64,000 nucleotides of DNA from Octopus vulgaris (Eukaryota). The notes under the pieces were generated by a model, which was given only the letters and a program-made list of their open reading frames with translations, was not told the origin of the DNA and did not search any database. This document shows, piece after piece, positions 40,598-53,450 of this stretch. Both the position numbers and the translations under genes were made by a program. Numbering within the stretch: the first letter of the stretch is position 1; every line of letters starts with the position of its first letter. Location of the stretch: contig OX597814.1 of the NCBI GenBank assembly GCA_951406725.2, positions 57,226,001 through 57,290,000 on the forward strand, read 5' to 3'.

Positions 40598-41346
40598 ACA
40601 AACAGGTGATCCGGAAGCATTAGCCGGATATATTCTCAAACCATGGCAACATGATTTATAGACTCTTCCTCTTTTTTTATTGGACAATGCTGACTTCAAC
40701 AACAATGCTCACTTAGCCGATATCAGTGCTTGGCTAAGTTGCTCATATAGTTAGGCTACAAGAGACAGGTCCCTTATTTTTTGGTTAAGGCTGTTGCTAA
40801 GTTTTCATAAGTTACTCCAATCCAGATCCCCAATGCCAACCTTCGGATTAACCTTCTCCTATACAGATCTCTAATGCAATTTTATCCAATCCAAATCTTT
40901 GAGTCACCCTTCTTCACTGTAGATTTCCATTGCAAACCTTCAATGCATCCTTATCCAATACAAACCTTCGATGCAACTTCTCCAATGCAGATTTCCGAGG
41001 CAACCTTCTCCAATGCATATCTTCGATGCAGCCTTGACTGGTAGTACCCCTAGATTAGGATTAGTCGCTGGCTTGCCGGAAGGATTCCTAACTCATGGGT
41101 CAAGGGGGGGTTAGATGATAGAGGTGGTGCCTTCAAAAGAGCCGGCATGTGCAACCTGATCACCTCTGCCGGTCAAACCCCCAATCTATGCGTTCCCATC
41201 GCAACACTGATTCTGCAGAACTGGGTTGGGTGTGAAAACCAACTTTAAAGTATAAATATTGATTTTTTTGAATCAGCAATGTTGCGTTCGATTAAGTCCT
41301 ATTTGGGGTAAAAAAAATCAATAAACTCATAAACCGATTCCTTATA

Positions 41347-41993
41347 ATTCGTTTTTGGATTTGGTTTGCAAGATTTTTTATATGAGTTCGTGTGTTGAAG
41401 CATATTCTGTTGTGTCTGAGGAGAGTCATTTTCTTTTTGTGCCTTATAATGTAACACACTCACCGGTAAAATTTCCACTTTTTTCTTATTTTTATTTTCT
41501 TAAAAAGAGACAGAGGTGCACACATATACAAACACATGCTCACACACACATACATAGAAAATACACTAACACGGACATGCAAGCACATAAATATGCAGTA
41601 TACGTACATATAGATGCACACACATACATACATATATACATATGCATATACACACATATATACATACAAACACACACATACATACATACATACATACATA
41701 CATACATACATACATACATACATACATACATACATACATACATACATACATACATGCATGCATGTATAGGCACACACACACACACTGACCCATACACATG
41801 CGCACAAACAAACAAAAGGGAACGTAGTGTAAATAATGGACAGAGTCAAAACTATTGAAAAGGTTGCAAGACGCCATGAAAATTTTAGTAAAATAAATAT
41901 AAGAAAAAAAGTGGAAATTTTACCGGTGAGTGTGATACATTAAAAAGGCACAAAACGAAAATGACTCTCCCCAGACACAACAAATTCCCTATC
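41347..41993. mobile_element. Insertion in the Helitron 3' region with about 90-bp inverted repeats around an (ATAC)n core
   Basis: 41408-41498 is complementary to 41889-41982; the segment is absent from the sister Helitron; its interior is homologous to about 2900-3135. Confidence 0.7.
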
Positions 41994-43125
41994 GGATTTC
42001 CCACTAAAATTGGCTACACCCCATTTTCAACCATAACTTTTACCAATTTTGACATATTTTGTTTAAACTTGATGCCAGCATTACTTAGGACTCATGGGAT
42101 TTTTCAATGCTTTAAGTTCTCAAAAAAAAAAAAAAACAATCGAGGAGTGAAAATAATCAATAAACTAATTTCTTATGGGATTTCCCAATCAAATTGCCTG
42201 CAACCCATTTTCAGCCAAACGTTTACCAATTTCAACGGATTTCGCTCAAATTTGATGTCAGTGTTACTTGTTTTGGTTTGAAATAAAGCGCTTAATCACT
42301 TAATAATCCTAATTTAATCCCGAGCAACGCCGGGCTATACTGTTAGTCTATGAATAAAAGGAAATTACTACAATTCCCTTCAAACTTTGTTTTTCTGACC
42401 TGGGCATCAATGTCTTGAAACTTACCTACTTTCCATTACATTTCAAACAGATTCAGAGCTGAGTTGCTGAAGCAGAAATATCATTATAGCAAACACTCTG
42501 CTCAACACCACAGATCTGCTTGTCAGTTGCTTGACCTTAGCCACTTGAGTATGCCCCTTAGTAGCTAACAATATGTGCATCTCTGATGATGAGCAGGTGT
42601 AGTGGTGAGCATCATAGCCATGTGTTAACAGGGATTCTTTGGAGTTTTACTAAATGTAACAAAGACAAAATTCGAAGGAAATATTTAACATATTTCATTC
42701 TTTCTATAGGAAATAACAGTTGCTACCCACGGACAAAAATCGCTTTACACAATGTTATGAAATCAATAGCCTGACAATGGTGTGGCAACGGGGTCTGAGT
42801 GCAGTGTTTTAGCATCTTGTAAAAGCGAGAATGAACGAAAACAGAAATGAGAAGAGAGGAAAGAGAGAAGGGGGAAGAGAAACGGAGAGAATAAAGAGAA
42901 AGAGGGAGGGGGACTTTTAAAGTAAATGTTTTAAGATGGAAGTTTTTTGAGTTAGTGCAGGGACATAGTTAAATCGTACGAGAGTAATAGACTAAAAGAG
43001 AATTGACGACAAAGCGATAGAATCTAAAAGAGGGAAATCTTAAAAAGTCCAGAAACAGGCAAAATTTTATCTTTTCTCATTTGACCTTCGGTGAGCTGGA
43101 TAATATTTATATCTTGGTTGTTTCT

Positions 43126-43525
43126 AAGGCGGCGAGCTGGCAGAAACGTTAGCACGCCGGGCGAGATGCTTAGTAGTATTTCGTCTGCCGTTACGTTCTG
43201 AGTTCAAATTCTGGCGAGGTCGACTTTGCCTTTCATCCTTTCGGGGTCGATAAATTAAGTACCAGTTACGCACTGGGGTCGATATAATCGACTTGATCCG
43301 TTTGTTTGTCCTTGTTTGTCCCCTCTATGTTTAGCCCCTTGTGGGTAATAAAGAAACAGGTATTTCGCCTGACTTTACGTTCTGAATTCAAATTCCGCCG
43401 AGGTCGACTTTCCCTTTCATCCTTTCGGGGTCGATAAATTAAGTACCAGTTGCATACTGGGGGCCGATCTAATCAACTGGCCCCCCTCCTCGAAAATTTC
43501 GGGCCTTGTGCCTATAGCAGAAAAG
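43126..43525 (+). mobile_element. tRNA-derived SINE, dimeric and well-preserved copy
   Basis: A-box-like TGGCAGAAACG, B-box GAGTTCAAATTC and a duplicated core. Confidence 0.85.
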
Positions 43526-44067
43526 TATACCTTGGGTGTTTGAAAAACGCTTTATACATTTGATTTTGTACAGTTGTTTCAGAGTGATAATCTGGAATTA
43601 TTTTAATTCTATTTCGTTTTTACTAACTGAAGTGTGAACTAATTTCTCTGAGCATTGATTATAGCATAATCGGGCGATAATAAAGCAGAAGGAAAAAGGA
43701 CATACGGCAGATAGAAATAGTAAATAAAAAAATAAACATAATTAAGATACAATTATTAATAGTTTTATTATTCAGAATAATTAGTACAAATATGAGAGGC
43801 ATATAAAGAAAATTATAATGAATACAAGCATATACTTTCTACTATGGGCACAAAGCTTGAATTTGGTGGGAGGGTGCCAGTCGATTTCATTGACCCTCAT
43901 TACTCAACTGATACATAATTTCTCAACCCCAAAAGAGATGAAAGGCAAAGTCAATCTCGGTGGCATTTGAACTCAGAAAAATAAAGGACAGACAGACAGA
44001 CGAAATACTTCCAGGCATTTTGTCCGGCGAGCTAAAGAATCTTCCAGTTCGCTGCTTTTCAAACATA

Positions 44068-44073
44068 TTTAAT
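44068..44073 (-). terminator. Putative polyadenylation signal of gene B (ATTAAA)
   Basis: Variant hexamer about 37 bp after the stop codon, at a similar distance to the gene A signal. Confidence 0.35.
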
Positions 44074-44109
44074 AAAACCCTTTACTGTGCTTCTCTAAAT
44101 GAGTAGCCT

Positions 44110-44311
44110 TCACAAATTCATCGCAATGTCTATAAATTCTTTATAATCAATCTTGCCATCTTTGATAGCAGATTTTATAATCGCTTGAGTATCTGCACCA
44201 GAGATATCCATACACAACGTTTTCATTGCTTCATTCAGTTCTTCTGTAGTCAGGTAACCAGATTTATCGACGTCGAATTTCTTAAAAGCGTTCTTAATAT
44301 CTTCCGGATCT
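44110..44311 (-). CDS. EF-hand gene B, exon 3 (to stop codon)
   Basis: Acceptor tttctttgtcTAG; encodes DPEDIKNAFKKFDVDKSGYLTTEE...IDYKEFIDIAMNL*; 202 bp as in gene A. Confidence 0.92.
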
Positions 44312-44649
44312 CTAGACAAAGAAATATGTTAGAAAAAGAAGCAATATTAATAATACATAAAACAATTGGTAGAAAATGTATTAAAATGGCAATCACGTCT
44401 AATTTAGGCACAAGACCAGCAATTTTGAAAGGGTGGTCAGTGGATACTATACTTGCTTAACCACTACTATACTTGACTTGTACTTATTTTATCAAACTCG
44501 AGACGATGAAAGTATATTATATCAGTAACTAATAACTGGGACTACTAGAGTATTCATGCCTATTACCTTATTTATTGCATTTAGCTGTTTCAAATATTAA
44601 TATAATTCGTCTATAATATTTGTTCCTTATCTTATCTTTCATTTGTGCG

Positions 44650-45160
44650 TGGTGTATCCTATCTAGTTTATTGATTCCTAACTATTTGTATATCTGGGTT
44701 TCGTATATTATGCTGTGATATTCTAGTGCTTAATTTTTCTCTCTTTAAGATTGCTTTGGTACGCTTTTCTAAACTGAATCTCAAATTAATTTCTTTGATA
44801 AATTCGTGTACTTTCTTTTGGAGAATTTCCAGATGCTTATCATTTGCTGTATACAATTTGAGTTCATCCCTGGACAAGAGGTGGTTGATTGTTTACTATA
44901 GCAGCTGCTTCCACATCCTGTTCTGTTTAACATATCGGTTAAAGAAGTCAATACCAGACAGAAAAGTAGGGAGATGGAGACTACTTGGAATATTCCTCTT
45001 CTACCGGGGACAGTTTTAGTTTTTATAACACCCTCTTTTGTCTGTAACTTCAAAACTGTTGGCCATTTACTCATGCTATGCTTATATATTCTATTACTTT
45101 CAGTACTACTTTAGTCATGGTTAACGTTTTCCAAGGTCCACTCATGAAGAGTTTCCAGGA

Positions 45161-45234
<74 letters not shown>

Positions 45235-46990
45235 TGATGCAAGCTTACAGCTTATTTTCCAGAGTAACATGGAAAGTGTCAGCTGTTCATAGCCAGCAGA
45301 CTATGAACAGCTGAACCCTGCGATAAATTCTTGCAATTCCAAGCAATGGTGATTTTTATAGGCGTTCTACCTTTGTATTTGTACCATTCTTTTTGAGCCA
45401 TCATGGTAGTTGGGTGGTGATACTTCCAAGAGCGCTAATTACGTCTATTCTTCTATTGACCACAGTCATCGTATTTCCCACTTCAAATCGTCATAGCTGT
45501 TAAGTTTTACTTCTTTCTATTTAATCCTGCTATCACTAGAACATGCTTTGTCGATTATCATGCATGTTCCTTGTTTTTTATTCACCACAACAATGTCCGG
45601 TTTCCGATGTCTGGTCAGATGATTGTACTGAATCATTGCATCCCACAGGATTTTGCAATTTCCGTTCTCGGTGACTCCTTCCGGAGTTTGCTCATACCAC
45701 GTCTTTGTTCTTTATAGACTGTGATTTCCACAGAGTTCCCAATGGATCATTCTTCCTACATTGTCATGTCGTCTTTTGTATTCGCGTTGTGCCAATTTCG
45801 AGCATTCGCTAACGATATGCCATACCGTTTCACACCTCTCACCACATATTCTGAATTTTTCGCTGCCGGTAGTGTTGTCGATTTTGCACATCCATTCCAT
45901 TCCAATCTCCTTTATATTCCGCTTGATGCCTTCTGATTCTGTTCCCAAGGACCCAACAATAATTAGCCCTATCTTCATTTTCTATAGCCGGGCTATTTCG
46001 TACTTAAGAGGGTTGTATCTATCAGTCTTTTTGCCTTTCTTCTTGACTATTCGTAAGTCAAAGGAGCATGCAACATCAATTATACAGCATATGTGGTGCA
46101 CCTTGTCCACCATCACTAGGTCCGGTTTGCTATGCTCTAGCACCTAATCTGCTTGGATTGGGATATCCCAGAGGGTTTGCTAGTCTCCGACTCCACCAAT
46201 TTCTGCGGTTTGTGCTCACACCACATCTTGCCTTTCTATAGTCCCACCTTTTGCATAGTTTCCAATGTAGCACTTTCGCTACCTGATCGTATCGCCACAA
46301 CTTCTAATGGTGTTGGGCAAGTCTAGGGCATTCGTTCGTGATAAGGGCAATAGTTTCATCCACCCTGTTGCAGATGCGGCACGGCGGAGACACTTTCTCA
46401 TTCCTAAGGTTGGCCCCACTATTCGTGGCTAAAGCTTGGAGTTGCGCTGCCAATATAGTGCTTTCGGTCTCTTTTTTAGGGTTCCTTTAATCAGCCAATC
46501 CCACCTATTTCTACCAGCAACCCCTGATGTGGCTACATAGACTTGATTATGTAGTCCTTTCTTGCGTAATTTTTCTTCGTGTCCTTTTTGTACTACTTCC
46601 TTTGTTTTCCCTTTTTTTCTCTGCGCTCAGTCCTTCGTTCCTAACTGTCACTAGCAAGGTTTCCTTACTTTGGACTAGGTATCTCATTAAGCTCTCGAGT
46701 TCGATACGTATGCAATCTTTCACACTTATCCGTCTCCTTCCTCCATACGCTCTCCTCATGTATAGGTGATCAGTGTCTGCACGTGGATGATGGGCTTCAA
46801 TCATCGATCGGAGCATTCTTGACTTCCTGCCCGTATCCTTTAGCTCCTCCTCTGACCATTTCAGCATTTCAGCACCATACCGAACTACTGCGACTGCGCG
46901 CGAGTTTATTACCGACATCATATTTCTGGCATTCAGCTTTCGAGTCAATATTTTTCTCATTCGTCGCAGGTACTCTCTTTTTTGTCTTTT
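44650..46990 (-). mobile_element. Stacked R4/Dong-like (RLE-type) non-LTR fragments in gene B intron 2
   Basis: RRGIFQ; HHPRADTDHLYMRRAYGGR; CGERCETVWHIVSEC..RRHD; KPD motifs; an (AAT)n tract separates two of the fragments. Confidence 0.8.
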
Positions 46991-47364
46991 CCTTCATTTA
47001 TCTGCCTAAAGTATTCCCAGGTATTTTTAGCTGGACTGAGGTTGAATTACCTTCATCATTTCACCATTATTATCATTATTGTTGTTGTTAAGGCAGCGAG
47101 GTGACTGAATCGTCAGCTCACCGGGCGTAATGCTTCGCGTATTTCATCTGTTTTCATGTTTTCAGTTCAAATACCGCCGGGCTCGACTTTGCCTTTCCTC
47201 CTTTCAGTGTCGATAAATTAAGTACCAGTTACGCACTGGGGCCGCTGGAATCCACTTAATGCCTTCCCCAAAATTTGAGGCCTTGTGTTTAAAGTAGAAA
47301 GGATCATTATTATTATTATTATTTTTTTAAAATTTTTATTATTATAATTATTATTATTTTCATT

Positions 47365-48502
47365 ACTTTTTCACAGCTTCTAACGCTGGAAACGTACTAC
47401 GGTATCAGCTGTTCACTACCAGTGAACGAAGGTAACACCCCTTGTTTTTCGAGTACCTTCCGGAATATTCAAGCGGTTCCAAGCAGTGCTGTTTTCTGCA
47501 AGTGCTCCACCCTTATTGCAGCCCCTGTTTGTTCCACGTACTTCTCGAGATTTTGCTCACTGTTCCCAGGGCTCCGACAATTATTGGTACTACTGCTACC
47601 TTTTTCATCGATTACAACTGCTTAATTTCCTAACCTACTCTGTTATATCACTCGACTTTTCTTTCTTCCTAATCGCATACCTTGTTGTCAGCTGGGCATG
47701 CTATATCTATGATCCAGCATAGTTTGTTTTCTTTCTCAATTAAGACTATGTCTGGCTTCCTATTCTCTATCTCATGGTCGCACTGAGTTATAAAATACCA
47801 TAGTATCTTTGCATTTCTATTTTCGACGATGCCTTCAGGTTTGTGGTCGTACCAATTTTTTACTCTGTCAAGTCCATACTTGTTGCAAGGTATCCAATGG
47901 AAAATCCTGGCTATATTGTCATGGCGTCTCTTATATCCCTTCTGGGCTAGTGGCGTACATTAACTGGTAATATGCCATACGGTTTCACTGTTTTGTCCAC
48001 AGATTCTGCACTTATCACTTTCTGCTGTGTTGTCTATTTTGTATTTTATGTAGTTTGTTCTTAGTACTTGCTCTTGGGCAGCACAGATTAGAGCATCCGT
48101 TTACGGTTTTAAACCACTTTTAGTCATCTACAGCCATCTTTTTTCTCTGTCTGTCTTATTTTCAACACCTCTATGAAATTGAACATGCATTCTTTACCCA
48201 CCTATTTTCAGTTTCATCCGTTTTCAATTTCTTGTACAGTGCTTAATCTTTGCAATCTTTCAACCTACACAATCCTGACCTTCCTACTTCTAATAATAGC
48301 AGTTCTGTGAAATTTTTTACATACCATGCTATGTTGTTTTCTTCTGCTCTAATGCTGTGTTCGCATCCAATAAGTCCTCTTTCCTCTCTTTTTCTTGGGA
48401 CATACAATCTGTCTGTGTCACTTTTTGGAAGGAGTGACCCATAACTAGTTAGCAACTTCCTTGTCATTCTGTCTAAGCTGTTTAGTTCGTCTACAATCCA
48501 TA
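47365..48502 (-). mobile_element. R4/Dong-like non-LTR 3' fragment between (AAT)n tracts
   Basis: LPKSDTDRLYVPRKREERGL, a CCHC knuckle, RHD and KPD nuclease motifs. Confidence 0.85.
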
Positions 48503-48511
48503 TTATTATCA

Positions 48512-48581
<70 letters not shown>

Positions 48582-48600
48582 CATCATCATCATTATTATT

Positions 48601-48632
<32 letters not shown>

Positions 48633-48641
48633 TATCATCAT

Positions 48642-48766
48642 TACTATTGTTAATTATGTCATTTCATACATAACAGAAACTTAAGTCTCCGTCTTGTTGT
48701 TGGATATTAATTAATCTAATAATTACAATGAATTATTATTGTTATTATTATTATTATTATTATTGC

Positions 48767-48812
<46 letters not shown>

Positions 48813-48990
48813 TTTAATCAAACGAATTCAGTTGTTTGACAGTGATTTCACTGATTTGAACACTAAACTAAATTAATTTCTGCATTTAATTTCCTACTAT
48901 TCATTGTAATTATTAGATTAATTAATATCCAACAACAAGACGGAGACTTAAGTTTCTGTTATGTATGAAATTACATAATTAACAATAGTA
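48642..48990. repeat. Near-perfect inverted repeat with 92-bp arms (48642-48733 and 48899-48990)
   Basis: One mismatch between arms; the 165-bp spacer contains (ATT)n. Confidence 0.92.
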
Positions 48991-49144
48991 CTTCATTATG
49001 AAAGCGTGACATTGTTGTTATCAAGGAAGATATTATGAACTATAAATGGCGGTGCCCCAGCATGGCCACAGCTCGTGAGCTGAAACTAGATAAAATAAAA
49101 AATAAAATAAATACAAAGGAGAGAAATTATGTGAATGGACTTAC

Positions 49145-49230
49145 TTAAGTGCATTTTGGCTCATCAGTTTAATGAATTCCTCCTTGATAACTACTCCATC
49201 ATTATTCAGGTCAAAACTTTTCAAGTCTTT
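49145..49230 (-). CDS. EF-hand gene B, exon 2
   Basis: Acceptor ttttactccgacAG; encodes KDLKSFDLNNDGVVIKEEFIKLMSQNAL+AA; donor GTAAGT; 86 bp. Confidence 0.9.
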
Positions 49231-49822
49231 CTGTCGGAGTAAAATAACAGTAATTCTAATAAGAATAATATTAAAAATTAAAAAAATAATAATCACAATG
49301 GTTTCACATTTTGGCACAAGACCAGCAAACTGGAGTGGCGGAGGGGAAAACTTGATTACATCAACCCCAGTGCTCATCTGGTACTTATTTTGTCGACCTC
49401 GAAAGTCAGCCTTAGCGGAATTTGAACTCAGAACGTAAAAACTGAAGAATTGCTGCTAAGCATTTTGCTCGCGCAGTAAGGATTCTAACAGCTCGCGGCC
49501 TTAATAATAATAATTATGAAGATGATGATGACGACGACAACGATGATGATGATGATGAGGATGATGATGATGATGATTTAAAATTTTGGCACAAGGTCAA
49601 CAAATTCAGGGCTGCGGGTAAGTCGATAAAATCGACCTCAGTGCCCAACTGGTACTTATTTTGTATACCTCGACAGATTGAAAAGCAAAGTCAATCTCGG
49701 CAGGATATGAATTCAGAACGGAAGACGGATGAAATGCCGCTAAACATTTTACCCGGCGTGTTAACGATTCTGCCAGCTCGCCACCTTGATAATAATAATT
49801 GTTATAAATAATAATAATAATA

Positions 49823-49872
<50 letters not shown>

Positions 49873-49873
49873 C

Positions 49874-50400
49874 GAGTGAGAGAACAGTGAATGCCATCAA
49901 AGTGACACTAGGTAAAATATACGAAGCCCAGTATACCCATCATAACTGATAAGGGTACACCAGGCACATGCATCACAACCAAATGTGCGCGACATGGTGA
50001 TCTCATATCAAGATAAACAGCGCATGACCTTGCAGGTGGGGCCCAGTTAGAATTTTCTTCTGGTCGAGTAGCCCAACCCGCTCAAAAGTTCCCTGAATAA
50101 GGATTATTTAAGGATGCTGAACGAACCACCCATGTTTTCTAAAGGTGAATTATCCAAGCCTTCAAGAATTCCTTTCAACACACAGCTAATGATGCTCCCC
50201 CACTACTTCTGCTCGTGGTCAGAGATACACATATCGTCAGCCACTAAAGGACATGGTCAACTGGTTAAGGTCAAACAACTGACAAGCAAATATGTGGTAT
50301 TGAACAGAATATTTGCTGTAGCCCAGTGTATATGATAACACTTCCAATCAGTTAAGATCAGAAGCCATGAGAGCCACTGTCTGGTACTGTATCAGGGCAT
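49874..50400 (-). mobile_element. Copy of the AAT-tailed repeat at 3552-4107
   Basis: Direct homology; (ATT)n on both sides. Confidence 0.75.
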
Positions 50401-50403
50401 ATA

Positions 50404-50459
<56 letters not shown>

Positions 50460-51088
50460 CATCCTTTCTACTATAGGCACAAGGGCTGGACTTTGAAGGG
50501 AAGGGACTAGACGATTACATCTAACCCAATGTTTCACTGGTTCTTATTTTATCGACCTCGAAAGGATGAAAGGCAAAGTCAACCCCGACGGTATTTGAGC
50601 TCAGAACATAAAGACAGATGAAATACCGCTAACAATTTTCGCCATAAGTGCTCTAGGAATGATAGCAAAAGGGGCTGGTTGCTACTATCTCAGATACCTG
50701 GTTATCTAAAAATGGAAGAAATTTTTAAAATAGTGGTCAGGGGAACTGCTGGTATCCTACGAAAAATATTGTCTTTATAATCCCCAGAACATTTTAATCT
50801 GTAAACATTGTCAAAAGTACGTTTAAATGGACATAATAGCAAATATTCTTTTACTGTCACTTTAAGATCACACTATTGTCTTATACTATTTTAATTGCTT
50901 CAGTCATTTGACTGCAGCCTGCTGGAGCAGAGCCTTTAGTCGAGCATCGACCCCAGGACTTATTCTTCGTAAGCTTAGTACTTATTCTATCAGTCTCTTT
51001 TGCTGAACCGCTAAGTTACGGGGATGTAAACACACCAGCATCGGTTGTCAAGCGATGTTGGGTGGACGAACACAGACACACGAACACA

Positions 51089-51120
<32 letters not shown>

Positions 51121-53406
51121 CGACGGGCTACTTTCAGTTTCTGTCTACCAAGTCCACTCACAAGTGGCTATAGTAGAAGACACTTGCCCAAGGTGGCACG
51201 CAGTCTTTCTGAACCCGGAACCATGTGGTTGGTAAGCAAGCTACTTACCACAGCCGCAATCAAATTACTTTTAAAACAAACTTTTAATTTTCTTATGTCT
51301 TGACAGACATTCTTTAGAACAGCTGTTCTCAAACTTTTGAAACATTTTTACAGTGTTTTCGTTGATTCGCGGTCCCATATAAAATGCAGGATAACTAATA
51401 CGGGAAAATGACATACATTCGTGTACCGTAATTTCTGTACTATGAACCACACCGCCCTTAGACCTGCAACCCCAAAAACCACAACTGAATCCACGCAATG
51501 CCCCATTGTGATACAATAAATACATATGAAAATACAGGGAATTAGTTGATCAATTGGTTACAAAACATGAGAAACGAAAACTGTCTGAAAATATCCCGAG
51601 CATCCTCTATTCACAACTGCCCATTTTGCAGAAAGAAACTGCGGTTATTACACTGAAATCTACGGTATATATACGTACATGACAGTGTACGTATATATAC
51701 CTTCCCCTTTCACAATGTTTGGGATGCTATTCCTCCTCCCCAGTGTCAGGTCATTCCTCATATTGATTATCCAAGAAGTGCATTCCAACCAATTTAACTC
51801 TTTTCAGCAGAAGAATTATACTAGTATCCCAAAATGTACAGATGCCGCTGTCACTTGGACCACTAGTACGCATGGATAACCACAATTTTAGTAGAAACAT
51901 CGTCTTTTCCTACTCCATTGAAGGTTTGCTATCCCTTAGATATATATATACATAGGCACATAGATATAGGCGCACACGAATATATGCAAATAAAACTACA
52001 TTCTATTATTCTTGTCATTTTTATAGGTTCCAGTCATCGGACTTGACTTACTAACATTAAAATATTTCACACCTGTTCTACATACTCAAGCATCCGTTAC
52101 ACAGTATTTATAACTTCTGATAAATTCATCCTTACAACATGACACACTTCTTTCTGGGTTCTTGTTTCAAGTAAATTCAATGGAAATTATTATCATTCTT
52201 TACAAACAATATTGTACGTTAATGATAGCATGACTGTTTCAGCGAATGAATTTGTTTTCGAAATATTTCACAAACATCTTTCACTATTAAAATTATACAT
52301 TCAGCTAAGTAAAATAATGTTTTCGAATTTTGGCACAAGACCAGCAATTTCGGTCTATTACATCGATCTCAATGCTCAACTGGTACTTATTATATCGATC
52401 TCGAAGGGATGAATGGTAAAGTCGACCTCGGCTGCATTTGAACTCAGACCGTAAAGAGGGACGAAATGCCGCAAAGCATTTTGCCCGGCGTGCTAAAGAT
52501 TCTGTCTCCTCGCCGCCTTTCAGCTAAGTAAAATAATCCTTTCTTCTATTGGTACAAGATCTAACATTGTAGAGGGCTAGTTAATTACATCGACTCCAGT
52601 GCATAACTGGTACTTATTTCATCGACTCCGAGAGGATGAAAGGCAAAGTAGACCTCGGTGGAATTTGAACTCAGAACCTAAAGTCGGACGAAATACGGAT
52701 AAGCATTTTGCACGATGTGCTAACGATTCTGCCAGCTCGCCGCCTTTCAGCCAAGTTAAATAATAGAAAAGGTATGAATCGAAAAAAGAAAACAATGGAT
52801 GAAACTTACAAACGCCATGAAGTGATTTTCTCCTAAAAGCATAATCTAATTAAATAATGAGTGTGAAAATTACAGAAGATTATGTCTCGTAAAATTTCTC
52901 AGGGCCTGGACTTCATGCGGATGGTCATATTGCTACATGCCTTTCTCAAATTGGTACATAGCGATAAATGCAAGTTAAATGGTTCATAGTTAGTTCCAGC
53001 GATTCAATACTTAACTCTCTCCGGTAAGAATGAAAAGCGGAGTCGAACTTTACATTTTGAAATTAGAATGTAAAGGGTTGTAAGTAGTTAATTAAATACC
53101 GCAAGGTATCATCTAGGGACGCTTTGACAATTCTGTGAAACCATCGTTCAAAACAAGGTGTAATAATATAGATTTCAAATTTTGGCACAAGGCCAGCAAG
53201 TTGATGAGGAGGGTGTAAGTTGATTACATCGACCGCAGAGATCAAGCCCGAAAGGATGAAAGGTAAAGTTGACCTCAGCGGAATATTAACTCAGAACGTA
53301 AAGACGGACGAAATGCTGCTAAGCATTTTGCCTGTCGTAAAACGATTCTGCCAGTTCGCCAACTTTAATAACAACAACAACAACAACAACAATAATAATA
53401 ATAATG

Positions 53407-53449
<43 letters not shown>

Positions 53450-53450
<1 letters not shown>

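Larger units (their letters stand above)
34765..42346 (+). mobile_element. Near full-length degenerate autonomous Helitron (about 7.6 kb)
   Basis: 5' end A|TCTGTATCTATAAAAG; RepHel pseudogene inside; 3' hairpin CCCGAGCAACGCCGGG followed by TTAG|T (the sister copy has CTAG). Confidence 0.88.
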
